From: Vicugna vicugna
Lineage: Eukaryota
Direction of reading: 5' to 3'
NCBI GenBank assembly: GCA_013265495.1
Contig: MU057651.1
Coordinates: forward strand, 1-64,000
DNA: 64,000 nucleotides
Part shown: one piece after another, positions 40,706-54,724 of the stretch
Numbering within the stretch: the stretch's first letter is position 1
Layout of the letters: each line of letters begins with the position of its first letter
Made by a program: the position numbers and the translations under genes
Notes under the pieces: generated by a model
Told to the model about the DNA's origin: nothing
Database searches by the model: none
Seen by the model: only the letters and a program-made list of their open reading frames with translations

Positions 40706-43061
40706 AGTACTGATGACAATGATTGTCAAAGATCTAACATTCTCTAAAGGCCTATTATATGCCAGGAATTTCACTGTCTTCTGCATTTACTTCCCACAAC
40801 AGTCTGGTGGGTTACATTGAGCTATACTCATTTTACAGATGAATGAACCAATCTGGCTGCATACTTCTTATAAGCTGAGAATCCAATTCTAGCCAGTGCT
40901 TTCTGATTATACTGGGTCCACCCTTGGCCAAATACTATCAAAACTAGTGTTTTCAGTTAGCAAATTTTGAAGTCTTATATCTTCCCTATAAAAAGTTCCC
41001 ATCAAGCCCCCTTGTGAAGGAAAAAAGGGGGAAAGGAAGTCTAGTGCTCTGATCTGCAATGAGACAGTGGAAGGCCAAGACAGCCCAGCCATCAGCCTAG
41101 AAGTCTGGTGTCTGCTGCAGGCTGGAGCAGAGAAGCCGAAGTCAGACCACCCTGGAGAGAGGTGTGGCTGCGGGGAGCCCTTCCACGTCCACCCCCAGCG
41201 CCACCCCTGAGAGCGCCAGGGGGTTGGATTCATCCTGTCCTATAAAACTGGCACAGGGAGTCCCTGGACCCTCATCTCACTCCAGCCGGAATCCAGCCTG
41301 ACCAGCATCCATGAGGCTGCCATAAACTTGAAGAATGGTCTGGAAATATGAAGATCCTTCCAAATGGCATCACATAGTGAAAAAAGTAAAACAAGCAAAG
41401 CCAAAGAGCACAGGACTGGCTTACTGTTTTGTGAGCTGATCACAAAAAGAGAACTTGAATATATTTTACTCATACTGGAAGGAGTGAGTGCATAGCCAAA
41501 CATGGTGTTCAGTCAAGAAGAACGCATCTTACATTAATTCCGTCCCTTGACTTTTTATCTTGTCTTTTTTTTTTGTTAAAAGGAATCTTTAAAATTTTAC
41601 GAATAAACCTGCCAGTCTTTTCCTCTAGAAGTTCATGCTTTTAAAAAATGTTGTTATAAGCTTCTACTTCCTGAATTTCAATAAACATTCACCAGTATTT
41701 TCTTCTATTTTATGTTCATATTTGTAATAATGGAAAGTATATTATATATACCAGTTGTCCTCATGCATCGGTGTCTGTCATCACCTGGAGGCGTTTGTTA
41801 ACTGTCACTTCTACAGCCTACCTCTAGGCAGTCTTAGGTGGGGCCCAGAAATCAGTATTTTTAAAATGTTCCCCAGATGATTCCGATGCAGGTGATTGTG
41901 CAAAACTTGGATAAAACACTTGGAGTGCAATTCATTTCATGAACTGTTTCTCTCTGGAATTACTTGTCATAATACTAGAAAAATAAAGACTTGTGAAAGG
42001 TAATTGAATCAATCGCAGAATTTGGACAAACCTACTGGGTTCTAGTAATAATCAGTCAAGAAATCAATTAAATATTAAAATATGATGTGTCAGTTACACA
42101 CAAGTATGTGGGGACATCAGAAGGAAAAGATAGTCTTGTTCTGTAGGGAAAATATAATTTCTAACATTTATAAAGTAGCCAATCTACTTCAGGTACATCT
42201 ATAAAGCTCTTGTCTTTGCAAGTTTTTTTTTTCACATTTTAACTGGGGATGGGATGAAGTGAAGTGGACTTTTCTCTTAAATCTGATTCCTGTATGGCTT
42301 TGTGCAATTTACATATTCTGAGTTTCCTGAACTGGTAGGGCTAGGAGCCTTCAGGTACAGATAATCTTATGAAACAATTTTTTAAAAAGACAAAATTTTA
42401 GTCCTTAGACCTAGGACAGCAATTCTGTCTACACTATGTTTTTCATTCAATACTTGCACCCTGGTCCAACTTCCAAAACAGACTCATGTCTGACTCCTGT
42501 GGAGGTGTCCTGTGACTGAAAACAGAAGGGGCTGTTTTACCAAGAATTCTGCAACACACTGTGGCCCAAGCAATCCTAGGACAGTTCCCATCTGTGTTAA
42601 GTGTCATTATAAAGCATAGAGGGAGAAGCTTTAGAAGACGTGTTAGGGGTTCAACCCACTGGGGACTCCAGGAAATTTAGTGGGGACTGGCACTCAAGGA
42701 CTCCAGCGCACCAGCAGCAGTGGGGGCCAGCAGAGAGCAAAGGACTCAGCATAAGAGGCAGCAGGCTTGGCAGGACCCAGGGGAGCCCTGGGTGGGGCTC
42801 AACAGCAGAGGCCTGGCTTGGAAGCCCCCACCTCCCTGCCTATTGGCCTTGTTCCTGAGCACTGGTCGAGTCATGCCAGGGCCCTCCCCCAAGTAGCTGA
42901 TGTTCTGCAGTGGGTCGGGGTTCTGTATGCCTAGGTGGGAACGACAGCCCACCCGGCACAGCTCAGTCACCACACTGCTTCCCCACAGCAGCTCTGAGGA
43001 CAAATGTTTTCCCCACGAAAAGATCGAGTCTTAAGCAGATGTATCTGTAATAATTGCCAGT

Positions 43062-43067
43062 TTTATT
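43062..43067 (-). terminator. Probable TCEAL8 polyA signal
   Basis: AATAAA on the minus strand ~570 nt after the stop codon. Confidence 0.5.
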
Positions 43068-43639
43068 CCTCTGGCTAAGACATCCAGAGGTAATTTGAGG
43101 TTTACACTTTTTAATAGTTCTTTCATCAAGAGTTTAGTTGCCCCCATTGCCCTTATAAGCTGGTTGCAAATTATTTCACTCTTACTTATAAAAAAAAACT
43201 TTTAATTTTTTTGTGTGTGTGACGTGTTCATTTAAAAATACATATATAAGCAAAAAGAAAAAAACTCATACCACACAGAAATAAACAGTTAAATTTTTGA
43301 TATATGTATGCACACGCACGCACACACACACACAATTTGAGATTTTTATCCTACATATGTGAGTTGATACTAAATATGCTGCTTTGTAACCTGTTACGTT
43401 TTACTTTACAATATGGAATGAACATATTTTCATGCATATGTGTGAAACTTCCCAATTGAAAAATAGACCTGGAGAATGTGTCAAAAATACAAAATCCAGA
43501 TGCTGGTAACAAGGAAACTACCTAAAACCCAAACTCCACCAAATGATTAAAAATAAAACGGAAGTCAAAGATACATCAGAAAATCGCTAACAGAAAGAAA
43601 GCAGGGGCCAGATTTTAATATCAGACAAAAACAAAGAAT

Positions 43640-43984
43640 TCAAGGCCTAAAGCACACAGGATAAGGACGGCTGCGTGAATGTCTTTGCTTCCAATGCATC
43701 ATCACAAACTTGTTTCTTACTCTTCTTATCTCTTCCCTAAGCCTTTCCAACTCATCTACTCCTCTTATCATTTCTTCAGGGTCCAAATGCCTAACCGGAG
43801 TGTCCTCTTTATATCCCTGGCCAGGTTGAGTCAGCCCTCCTCTGAGGTTTCCTTCTGCTTCCTGGCTTACAGGAGCTGGAGGGTTTCTTTCCGCCTCCCG
43901 CGGTACATCTGCCAAAGGGCGGTCTTCCTCGGCCTTTGGCAAGGTCTGTGCTTTTCCTTCATTTTCTTCACAAGACTTTTGCAT
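43640..43984 (-). CDS. TCEAL8: Transcription elongation factor A-like 8, 114 aa
   Basis: MQKSCEENEGK...EDTPVRHLDPEEMIRGVDELERLREEIRRVRNKFVMMHWKQRHSRSRPYPVCFRP. Acceptor ttcttttctAG| with the exon starting at 44026. Synteny agrees. Confidence 0.94.
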   Translation of the reverse strand: MQKSCEENEGKAQTLPKAEEDRPLADVPREAERNPPAPVSQEAEGNLRGGLTQPGQGYKEDTPVRHLDPEEMIRGVDELERLREEIRRVRNKFVMMHWKQRHSRSRPYPVCFRP

Positions 43985-44634
43985 GTTGAGTATTTTTCTA
44001 TTATTTTCTTTTTGAATAAGTTAATCCTAGAAAAGAAGGAAACAAAACGACTAGATGCCAGGCAAGTAGACCAGCGGCCAGAATACGGGTTTCCATAGAG
44101 ACTGGCCTTTTCTCATTCAGGGCCCTAATTGTCATATAAAGTTTTCCAACTAGAGGAGGCTAGATCCTCAGGCTCAGAACTCCCCTGGCTCCGCCCCTTC
44201 CTTCCCCTCCCTGCCGTCCCCCTCCCGCTCCAGCTCCATCTTCTCTCCTCCCGCTCCAGCCCACCATTTCCCAGCAGGCCCTGCTACAGGCCTCTCCTAG
44301 CACCGAAACGGGAGCAGCGCGGAAGCAATTAACCCCTCCCTCGCCTCCGGTCTCTAATACTCCCGCCCTTTTGGGCTTTCCCAAGCCATCCCAACCTCCT
44401 GCCTCTCACCTGAGACCCACTGGTCCAGTCTCTGGCCTCCCCTCCCCCTTCCACGTCTCTCCCGCTTCCCCCGGCCCTCGCCCCCGCCCCATTTTCTCTG
44501 CAGACTCTGCCCAGGCCTCTGGCGCTTCCATCTGGATGGGGGAGAGGCTGCAGCGACCAGGGATGGGCTTTGGTGTCATCCACACTCCCACCCCCACCCC
44601 CAGGGACCTGAGGCATTTGCACCTTTACACTGAC

Positions 44635-44705
44635 CTGCAGGGATCCAGGGGATTTTCCTCCCTCTTCCCTCGCTCGATTTGGGTCGCTCCAAAAGACCAC
44701 GAGTC
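44635..44705 (-). other. TCEAL8 non-coding exon 2 (predicted)
   Basis: Minus strand: branch-like TACTGAC (44740-44734), acceptor ctgcAG (44707-44706), donor CAG|GTCAGT (44634). Confidence 0.6.
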
Positions 44706-45111
44706 CTGCAGACCGACAGGAGTGCTCGGTGAGGTCAGTACCTGAATCACGGGTCCCTTTCAAGATTCTAGGCCTTACTCGTTTAAAGTTTCCCCACGTC
44801 CTCATCCTCTCCCTCCTTTTAAGGTAACCCCGCCCTCCCTCCCCAGTGCCTACCGGTTCCCTTCAAGCAGGGAGTGGGAGACTGGATTTTTATTTCCAGA
44901 TTGTTTCTATGTCTCTCTCTCGGGACCCTCAATTGGCTACCCTTCTCCCCCTCCACCCCCACCCACTCTCAAACAGCCCCAAATTCCCTTCACAAAAATG
45001 GGAGTGTGGCGGAACCGTAGTGTTGGGAAAGCAGTGCCGGCCTCGTTTGATTTTTGCTCTCCGACTCCTAGACCCCAGGGTCCCGAAAGCAGCGCCCACC
45101 TTTATACTGAC

Positions 45112-45260
45112 CTGAAAGGATCCGGGGCACTTTTCTCCTTCCCCAGCAATAAGGAGCTGCTACAGGGAAACAGGCCCTGGACTATAAGGACTTCTGCACA
45201 CGTCGACTCCTGGTCACGTGAGGATCGCGTCATCAATGAGCTCGAGTCCCCGGTTACCCC
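45112..45260 (-). promoter_or_regulatory. TCEAL8 promoter and non-coding exon 1 (within GC/CpG-rich region ~44150-45300)
   Basis: Donor CAG|GTCAGT at 45111. TGACG (45232-45228), CACGTGAC (45220-45213), TATAG (45186-45182). Confidence 0.68.
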
Positions 45261-46689
45261 TCCCATTTAACACTGCAGCCCGCCCCTTGCATTCCCTCCA
45301 CTTGATACTGTCAATCTTTTTTTGTCTTTGCCAATCAGAGACAATAGAGCTGTTACCTTCTTCCTGCAGCTTCTATTCGTCTTTCTCGGGTTACCAGGGA
45401 GGATCAGGCCCTTGGGGTAAATCGACCATCTATCTCTCCTTCTTTGAGGAATCATCTGCTTCTAGTGTCTCCTGGTTCCAGTTCGCCCACCTCCCCTCCT
45501 CCCCCAAGATCCTACAGTCCACCATTTCCCTTGGAGTCCTGTCTAGCATTAAAATGGGCGAAGGTGCTAGATGGGGGCGGGAGGGTGGCTAGAAAAGAAT
45601 CGAGGAGTGGGGATGTGAGATTTCTTTTTTTTACTAGTTTTCTTTAATCGTTTTCTGTTTGGTTTAATCTTTTCAGCAATCAGCATACTTTAAAAAATAA
45701 TATTAAAAAGAGGCCACATAAACAATGTTTGACACAGTATGGAGGACAAATGAGTTATATCAGTTTTTAAAACTTTGAAAAAGTTTTCTAATGGCTGCAA
45801 ATGAAATGACAATTTTCACAAGCTATTGATATGTTAGAAAAAGTTTTTTTTTAATCGTATTAAAACAGTGCCATTAAAAAGTGACTCCAAATTAATCTGT
45901 GGAAAGAGGCCCAGGTTTCTCTTATTAGCAATTTCATATACTTATAAACTCAAGTTATCAAGTGTTAGATGTCTGACCTTTTCCTGATGACTGCTGCTTG
46001 GCTTCCACTTGAGTTTCAGATGGAGGCTTTGGACAGACCTCCTCTTCTCATGTCCTCTGTAGGATCCGGTGCCTTGCTAATCAGAGGAGTCTATAGAAAA
46101 GCCTCCTTTCTGTGGAGTCAACTTTATTTTGGAACTCAAAAAATACCTTGGAAAATAACTCTCATAGACTCTTGAAGCACTCAGAAAGGAGAGAGTTCCC
46201 TATATCTCACCATTTGGTGTGTGGCTTATTAGCAGGTGAAATTTTCATTCATTCATGCCATTCTTGGGATGTTCTGGTACCATTCACTTTGTTCCGTTAA
46301 AAAGGAGAACTACCGACATGCATAACTGTTATGATCAAAAAGCAGAGAAAACATCATTGCTGTCAAAATATTAGTTAAAAGAGGAAACAGCTGGAGAATC
46401 AGGGGAAGGAGGCAGAAAAGGGTCTCTTATCTAGGAAGGTCACGGTGAGATGCGGGCAGCCAGCAACAGAGTCCGGCATGGAGAAGAAAGGGTTGGAAAA
46501 AGGAAATATTTTTGCTGGCTTAATATTTTATAATTTATATTTAAGCATGAAGAATTTATTCTACAGTTGAGGGATACATTTTCTATTATTTGAGGGAGAG
46601 TTTTTAATATAAATATAGTCACTGAGTTATAAAGATGTAATCATTAACTATTTCCATTCTTTCAGATGTTATATTTAATGGGGGACAAC

Positions 46690-47200
46690 TCTGATATTTT
46701 AGAAATTATTATCATATAGCAAAATTGACCCTTTTAGGATGTACAGTTCTACGGAATTTATTTAAGAAATGTATAGACTTGTGTAACTACCATCATAATC
46801 AAGCTACAAATCAGTTACCTCCCCCACCAAAACTCCCTCATGCTACCTCTTTGTAATCATACCTTCCCTCTTTCCCTGAACTTCCCTGAACTCTGGCCAC
46901 CACTGATTTATTCCCAAGTCTTATAGTTTTGTCTTTTGCAGAATGTTATATAAGTGACATCTATAATATGTCACATTTAGAGACAAGCTTCGTTCACTCA
47001 GCATAATGCCCTGGATGTTCATTTAAGCTGTTTCACACATCAGTAACTCATTCTTTTCTTTTTTCTGAGTAGTATTCTGTTATGAGGATGTTCCAGTTTA
47101 TTTGTTCATTCACCCTCAGAAGGATGTCTCTGTTGTCTGTGTTGTTCCCAGTTATGAGGAATAATGAAAAGCACTGCTATAAACATTTGTATGCAGGTTT
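46690..47200 (-). mobile_element. L1M 3' end
   Basis: ttgtgtaactaccatcataatcaag; ttcactcagcataatgc. Confidence 0.7.
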
Positions 47201-48439
47201 AGGCCCCTGTTGCTTCAAACCTAACTATTAGGGTAACCACTTCTCTGACCTGTCTGCCTTCAGCTCCTCCCTCTCCCTCTTCAGTTTTTCTGGCACATTA
47301 CCATCAAATTAAACTTCATTCCTCCTTATTTTCAATTTGTCATTCTCCTGCTCGAAGGCCCTGGATGGCAACCTCACCATCTTCAAAGTAAATCTGACTT
47401 TCTGCATCGTTCCATTCAGCATTGATCAGAACTGAGCCACACTTCTCATCTACTTCTCTGCCCCGTCCAAAAAGAACTCTCATTCACTGTGCCCCCAAGT
47501 ATGCCTTCTCTCTGTTTGTCCTTGCATGCCATTTGCTTCCTCCTGATTACCCTCCTCTCTCTCCTAGATCCTAGTCCTGCTCATTCTTAGGGACCTAACC
47601 TTCATCACCCAGCCTCTGAAGACACCCCAGATGGAGGTGATCTCTCCCTCCCCTGTTGATGCTGCCTGTTGGGTCTGCCTCCCTCATATGGCCCTTAGCA
47701 AAGCTTGCCTTGTACCTTTCCCCTTTCCTGTGTGTTGGGTGGGGGTCATCTAACCAGACAGACGGTCAGGTGTGTGTTGGGGATGGGGAGTGGGGGTCAG
47801 GCTCCAGCTCTCATGCTGCTTGAGTGGCTCTTGTTATTTTAAACGGTGCATATCCCAGAAATCTCAGAGATTCAGGCCCTGTATGTCAGTTGGCTCACAG
47901 ACGAACATTTCTGCTTGTACAAAAATTGGAGCAGAAGTTACATTGTCCCCTCCTCTGCTTATTCTACTTACATATAGTCAGAACAACCCTAACACCATTT
48001 TTATGGAGCTATTGCCAGAGGCTATTGCCCGGTTTTCCTAAATTCTCATAAGAGAGAGATCATTCAGCTCAGTGGTGTACCCCTGACAAAGAGCCAGATG
48101 GTACAGGCCCTCCCCTTCATCCTTGTCTCTGAGCAATTTCAGTGCATCCATATAGCATTAGCTGCCTTTGAAAATATGGTAATCACAGTAGCTTTTAAAT
48201 GGAAGATTTTTGAAGACAATGGCATTATAGTAAATTAAAAGCTATTTTTCAAAAGGAGTGAAAAGTGTGCATGTATTAATTTTAACAATGAAGACTTGAG
48301 TTCTGAAAAGTAGACATCCTGAGCCTCCAACCCAATCAATATTCTGGTTTTGCACATCAGGAGGGCACTAGGGTTAGCTCCAAAGCCCAAAGTCTTCCAG
48401 GTGGTGTGAGGGAAGGAGAAAAGAGCTCCTATACAAGAC

Positions 48440-49306
48440 CAAGATATCCAGAATATTGTTTTATACATTCCCATTAGAAGTCATGTCCCTAGTTTGGCGT
48501 TCTGAGGCTCTATGTTCAGCAACTCCTTTTGCATATTTCTTACTGCTGTTTCAAAGTTCATCCACAGAAGAGCTTGAGATGGCCGTTTGTCTCCCTCCCT
48601 TCTCTAGTGCTCTATGGCTTGAAAACATCCCTCCCAGCGTGGCAAAATCTGCTCAGGTCCAAAGGTTTGGCTGCATAGCTTAGACTCAAGCAGCTGCCAT
48701 CTGAGATGATTTGCCCCTTTAGAGTGCAAGCAGACCTGATACATTTCATCACTTTGCTCAACTGAGCTTAGTCCACTGACGTTCTGATGGGAGTGGTGCA
48801 CACAAAGCCCAGGCTGATTTCCACTTAGATTGTGTGTATCTGCTTCAGAAAGTAAACTTTACCATCCCTTCTGTCACCGTGTTCCCTAACATTTGGAAAT
48901 TTGGCATGGATAAATTTCAAAAGATCCGCAGACCCTTCAAAATAGCCTCTGGCCACATCCAAGCAAATTAACTGATCTTGGAGCACAACTTCTCATCTCT
49001 TCTGGATAATTCTTCCCACTTCCTGAACTCATAGTTAAATGCTGCTCATATTGTGGATTATTGTGGCAAAGGGTTTCTAGTTATCTAGGGCATAAATGCT
49101 TATGAATTGCTGTGAACCTGATATGCTATGTAATAACCATTGCCATTTCAAATATCCCCATGGTGTCTATGTTGGCCACAGTAATAGTAATCCATGAGTT
49201 GGTCTGCTTAGACTTCTAATATGTGACAAAATGCTCAAGATCCACCTCAGCTAGATTCTGCAGATGGCTTTGCTTAAGCCTTGAGGTTCACATCTACGTA
49301 GAGCAT
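48440..49306 (-). pseudogene. GMPR: Processed (intronless) pseudogene of GMP reductase, GMPR1-type
   Basis: Manual minus-strand translation gives colinear GMPR motifs without introns: MLYVDVNLK, AEVDLE, VANIDTMGIFEMA, FTAIHKH, SSGSG, ICLDVARGY, VCTT, LKGQIISDG, ADFATLGGMFSSH, LKLFCG, GVAEHRASE, ILDIL. Many stops, frameshifts and deletions. Confidence 0.9.
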
Positions 49307-50084
49307 CTTACTGGGTTGCAAGAGGAGGCATACTTCGTCTGTACTACAGCTTGAACCAGGCAACTGTTTCTTGTGGCAAAAGCTGAGTTGTTGGGGAGAG
49401 AGTGCTGTTGCTGATGACTTGATGCTGTTAGAAATTAAATTAATAATGATGTCCTCTTGATTCTGCCTTAGTTATCTGTGCTATGTTATCCTTTAGACAC
49501 TCTATTTATCCATCCTAAGACTTTAACCCTGTTTTGTTGACTTTCTACTTTGTATCCCTCACTTATCTGTAAGTGCCCTAAGGACAAAAACCTTATCTGG
49601 TTCAACTTTGTAACCACTCCAATGTTGAAAGGTAAAGTTGGTGAAAACAGTTTGAATTTTCATTAATATGGGAATGGTTAAATGAACTTTCCATACCATG
49701 GAAATTGTGCAGCTGTAAAAAAGGAAATAATGTACATATAGTGACATCAAATTATATTGAAGTTGTATTTTTGTGTGAAGAGAGGGGCAGAACAGTATTA
49801 GAGAAGAGCAGTATTTACAGAATACTCTTCCACATATATATATGTGATGCATACATATATATGCATGCAGCCAGTTTATTAAGTAGTTCTATTTTCTGGT
49901 ATAAACATGGAATAACTTAATTTTTTCCAGTAATTGATGTCAACTGTGGCCTGTGAAATCTTCCCTTTCTCACTGAATAATGAATTCATTTGATGACATT
50001 TCAATTTGTTTCCTCAACTACTCAATCACTTTCATTCATTAAGAAAGTTTTATTTGGGTTTCTTGAAGCTCAGTCTGGTTTTTT

Positions 50085-51188
50085 TTTAAACTTTTTGTTT
50101 TAAAATAATTTTAGTTCTAAAGAAGTGTTTTAAAAATATTACAAAGCATTCTGTACACCCTACACCCAGCTTTGCCTAATAATTATGATACATTTATAAA
50201 AACAAAAAATTTACATTTGTGCAATACTGTTAACTAAATTACAGACTCTATTCAGATTTCTCCAGGTTTTCACTACTGTCCTTTTCCTGTTCCAGGATTC
50301 AATCCAGGATACAATGCATTTAATTAACATGTCTCTTTACTCTATGACAGTTTCTCAGTCTTTCCTTGTCTTCTATGACCTGGACACTTTTAAAGAGTGT
50401 AGTATTTTGTAGAATTTTCCTCACTTTGGGTTGTCCTATGTTTTCTTATAATTTCATTGGGGTTATTGATTTGGGGAAAGAATACCACAGAGGTGAAGTG
50501 CCCCTTTCATCACAATGTCAAGGTTATGTAATATCAACATGACATGATCACTGGGGATGTTAACTATGATCATTTGGTTGAGGTGATGTCTTCTGGGTTT
50601 TTTCCACTTACAAAGTTACTATTTTTCTCTTTTTGTATTCTATTTGTTAGAAGCAAGTTATTAAGTCTAGCCCATATTAAGGAGGAAGGGACAAAACACC
50701 AAACAACTCAGTCAAAAAATGGGCAGAAGACCTAAACAGACATCTCTCCAAAGAAGGCATCCAGATGGCCAACAGGCACATGAAAAATTATGCTCAACAT
50801 CGCTAATTATTAGAGAAATGCAAATCAAAACTACAATAATGTGTCACCTCTCACACCAATCAGAATGGCCATCGTCAAAATTCCACAAATAATAAATGCT
50901 GGAGAAGATGTGGAGAAAAGGGAACCCTCCTACACTGTTGGTGGGTACGTAAATTGGTGCAGCCACTATGGAGAACAGTAGGGAGGTTCCTTAAAAAATG
51001 AAAAAAAGAGTTACCATTACCATATGATCCGTCAATCCCACTCCTGGGCATTTATCTGGAAAAGATAAAAACTCTAATTCGAAAAGATACATGCACCCTG
51101 ATGTTCATAGTAGCAGTGTTTACAATAGCCAAGACATGGAAGTAACCTAAATGTCTATTAACAGATGACTGGGTAAAGGAGATGTGAT

Positions 51189-51229
<41 letters not shown>

Positions 51230-51662
51230 TATATACACACACACAAGCACACACACATATACACACACATGCATGCACACAATGGAATATTACTCAGCCA
51301 TAAAAGAGAATGAAATAATGCCATCTGTAGCAACATGGATGGACCTAGAGATTATCATACTAAGTGAAGTAAGTCAGACAGAGAAAGACATGATATCACT
51401 GATATGTGAAATCTTTAAAAATGGCACAAGCAAACTTATTTACAAAAGAGAAACCGATTCACAGACATAGAAAACGAACTTATGGTTACCAGAGGGGAAA
51501 GTAGGGGGAGGAATAAATACGGGTCTGGGACTTGCAGATACTAACTGCTACATATAAAATAGGTAAATAACAAGGTCCTACTTTTTAGCACAGGGAACTA
51601 TATTAAATATTTGTAATAACTTATAATGGTAAAGTATATGAAAAGGAATATGTATATATATG

Positions 51663-51695
<33 letters not shown>

Positions 51696-53460
51696 AACTG
51701 AATCAAAATATAGTTACACCATAAACAGTTGATTATAAATCAACTATACTTCAATAAAAAAAAGAGGAAGGGAATTAAAACTCTACCTCCTGGAAGGAGA
51801 ACTATCAATGAATTTGTGGATATATGTTTGAAAACAACCACAGTAATTAAGAAATTTGGGGTCAGATAATTTGAGGCTATGCAAATATTCTGTGGATTTT
51901 GCCTGCAACAATTATTACTGTGACATTCTGATGGTAATTTTTATATCCCTCATTTTCTTCTGCATTTAGTATTTCAAATTATTACGTAAGAAAGATTTTC
52001 CCCTTCCCCCATTTATTTATTGATACTATTATTTCTATCGGTATGACTCATGGATTTGGGGTTATGATACAATAAAATCATCTGGGTTTTTGTCCAAATT
52101 TTCCAGCCTTGGCAATTGAGAGCTCTTTCAGGTTAGCATATCCTTACCCTTTTTCTGCTTCCTTGCTTTCTGATACTACATGATGTTCCAGATTCATCTT
52201 GTATTATCCTTTTCCCAGTCCAATAATCAGCCATTTCTCTGAGAAGTCTTGGTTACTTTTACTGGATAATCAGTCATATTCAGTGATTAAGATCTGAGCG
52301 CAGAGTATTTTGGTTGCCACTAGGGTGTCTTGGCTTCTCAGACTTCTCAGCTGATAGAGCAGAGAGATACAGGTATGTATACTAAACTGTATATACACAT
52401 ACCTACATTTATTTATCGTGTATCTGTAACTGTTTCCTTCCCTGAACATACTTGACTTGTTGATTGCTTTATTGTTTTTCACGACGCACTGAGGCATAAG
52501 TTGCTCCACAGGTTCATAGAATTAAATTTGGGCTCCCTTTCAGATACAGTATTTGAGGTCATTGTTCCACATTTGTTTTGACCCCAAGAGGACTCTACAT
52601 AGCTGTCTCTTTCCCTAATTCTCTAGTAAACTAGCTGGCCTAACATTTAGCTTCTATCTCTAATGAATCTACTGACCTCTTAATTGTTTTTCACCACAAC
52701 CTCCATTTTTTATAACACCTTTAGCCTTCAACTTCTTCACACTGTATGACAAATGAAGTCAGTTCCTTTGGAAAAGATTTGGGAAAAATCTCTAATACCA
52801 GGATCTGGAGCTAAAGATGGTGACAGTGGCACAATTCTCTCTAAGTGACGCTGCTGCTTTAGAAGCTGTGCACTTGACTCAGGATGGGCAGTACCTTCAG
52901 GTCATCTTGGCTTGCCTCTCCCAGGAGATTGAGTCCCCAATATTCTTAGTACATTGTGCTGGAGGTAGAACCTCCTGATGAATGGGGGCTGTGCAGAAGG
53001 GAGCCCCCACCTTTCAGCTCCACTCACCCGGAACTTAGCCTGAATGACAATTAACTCAAGGTGAGATGAGAAGTTCTGTCTCTTCTGGGAAGACACTGTG
53101 ACCCTCCAGATGTGAGCTGTGGGGAGAAGGAGATCTGTAGTTTTGGCTTCACCCTTCTGGAATGGAGTTTCCATTATGCTGAGTTGGGAGTGGGAAGGGA
53201 AGGAGAGAATCGGTTCAACTATCACAGATTCTCATTGTTTTTATTGTTATGGTAGATTTTCTTAAAGAAATGTTTCTTCATTTGCTGCATGCCCTTAGGA
53301 CTATTTCCAAAGAATTTAAATGGTTGTATTTTAAGAAAATAATTTTAACAATTTCACTGGGGAAGGGATCCTCAGAGTTCCTCATACTGCCTTGCCATAA
53401 GTGGAAAATCAACCATAGTTATTTTTAATTTCCTGTCTGACAGTGTCAAGATCTGTGTCA
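50085..53460 (-). mobile_element. Old L1M (L1MC/MD-like) 3' region, approximate bounds
   Basis: Typical L1M 3'UTR text, paralogous to 27225-29450. Confidence 0.65.
50692..51763 (+). mobile_element. LINE-1 3' end nested in an older L1M element
   Basis: HTMEYYSAIKENEIMPSVATWMDLE motif, AATAAA plus A-tail, TSD gaggaaggga at 50682-50691 and 51764-51773. Contains (CA)n and (TA)n(TG)n microsatellites. Confidence 0.9.
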
Positions 53461-54724
53461 TTTCCCCTATTCTCTTTCCCTTTGAAGTATGAAGGAGAAT
53501 GTTGTAGTGATGGAAATAAAACTCCATAGCATAAAAACGTAAAGCATTGACCTTTTCACCTACAACCTAGGACTGACCAGATAATTTTGAGTTTGAAGTA
53601 AAAGACTGGAACCCTTCTCTCAGTGTCCAGTGAAATAGTACCCAGAACAATAGTGATGGGGCTGCATTTGAACAATAACCCCAACTAACCTTGCTCAGCC
53701 TCCCAGAAAGGCATTGATGGTGCCTAGGCCTGTTTTGGTTTTTTTTCTGGTGGCTTCAGTTCTGTAACTGCCTGGTGAGGTACTTCTGATGTTTAATTCA
53801 GCCCAGTCCCAAAAGTACAGGAGCCACCAGGCAAAGGGAGCTTGCAAAGGCCTGTGGTCCTCCAACTCAGGAGAAAACGGGTGTTACCACCTGTCTGAAT
53901 ACCCTCATGCACTGTAGACACAGCCCATGATTTAGGTGCTAAGGCAGTCAAGCTGTGACTTGGCATTAAATGCCTTTTTAAGGCATTAATGGTGGAGGAA
54001 GCAATGCTACTGTGAGCCTTGTTATTTAGATCTGTCATCTGAAGAACTATCACCACTATTCTGACGTCCTAAAGGATTGGTTGGGCAATACTGCGAAGAT
54101 AAAATTTCAATCCTTGGGTTCCAGTCTAGGCTCTTCCCCTTACAGGTATGGAACCTTGCATAAATCACATACACTCTTTGAGCCTCAGTTCAGTCACCTA
54201 TATCAAAGCACAATAATACCTCTTTCAAAATTGCTTCTCAGAATTAAAAGAGCTAGAAATATGAAAAAATGGACTGTGAACATTGATGATTTACATCACT
54301 TGTAGACTACAGTGTAGAAGAATGAGTGTGAGAGCTCCATGTACTCTTTTTCCTCTGCTGCAGTGGTATCCTGATTAATTTGGATCTCTGGGAAACCCGG
54401 GGTAAACAACCTCTCCATCCCCAATCCTTACAAAGTTTGAAAAATAAACCTTTGTTGTGTGAAGCCACTGATGTTTGGAGGTTGATTGCTATCCTAACAT
54501 AAGCTTAGCCTAACCTGACAAATGTATAAATGGTCCTCAGTGTTAAGCAACAGTATCACAGGAATGCTTGTTAAAATATATATTATATGTGATAAAGCTA
54601 CATTGGGAAGCACGACATTATGATAGTGGCAATTATGATGGTAAGAGAGTACTACTTAATTATCATATCAGAAAGTCAATAGATAGTGACTGAAGTTAAC
54701 AAGTCAAGAAACAGCAGTTGTTAA

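Noticed and set aside
41290..41530. Faint histone-H2A-like words (RTGLLF, LEYILLILE) on the + strand
   Set aside because: Too short, would need a large deletion, and is indistinguishable from chance without a search.
43679..44098. Antisense ORFs over TCEAL8, TCEAL5 and BEX coding exons
   Set aside because: Shadow frames of the real genes; no independent support.
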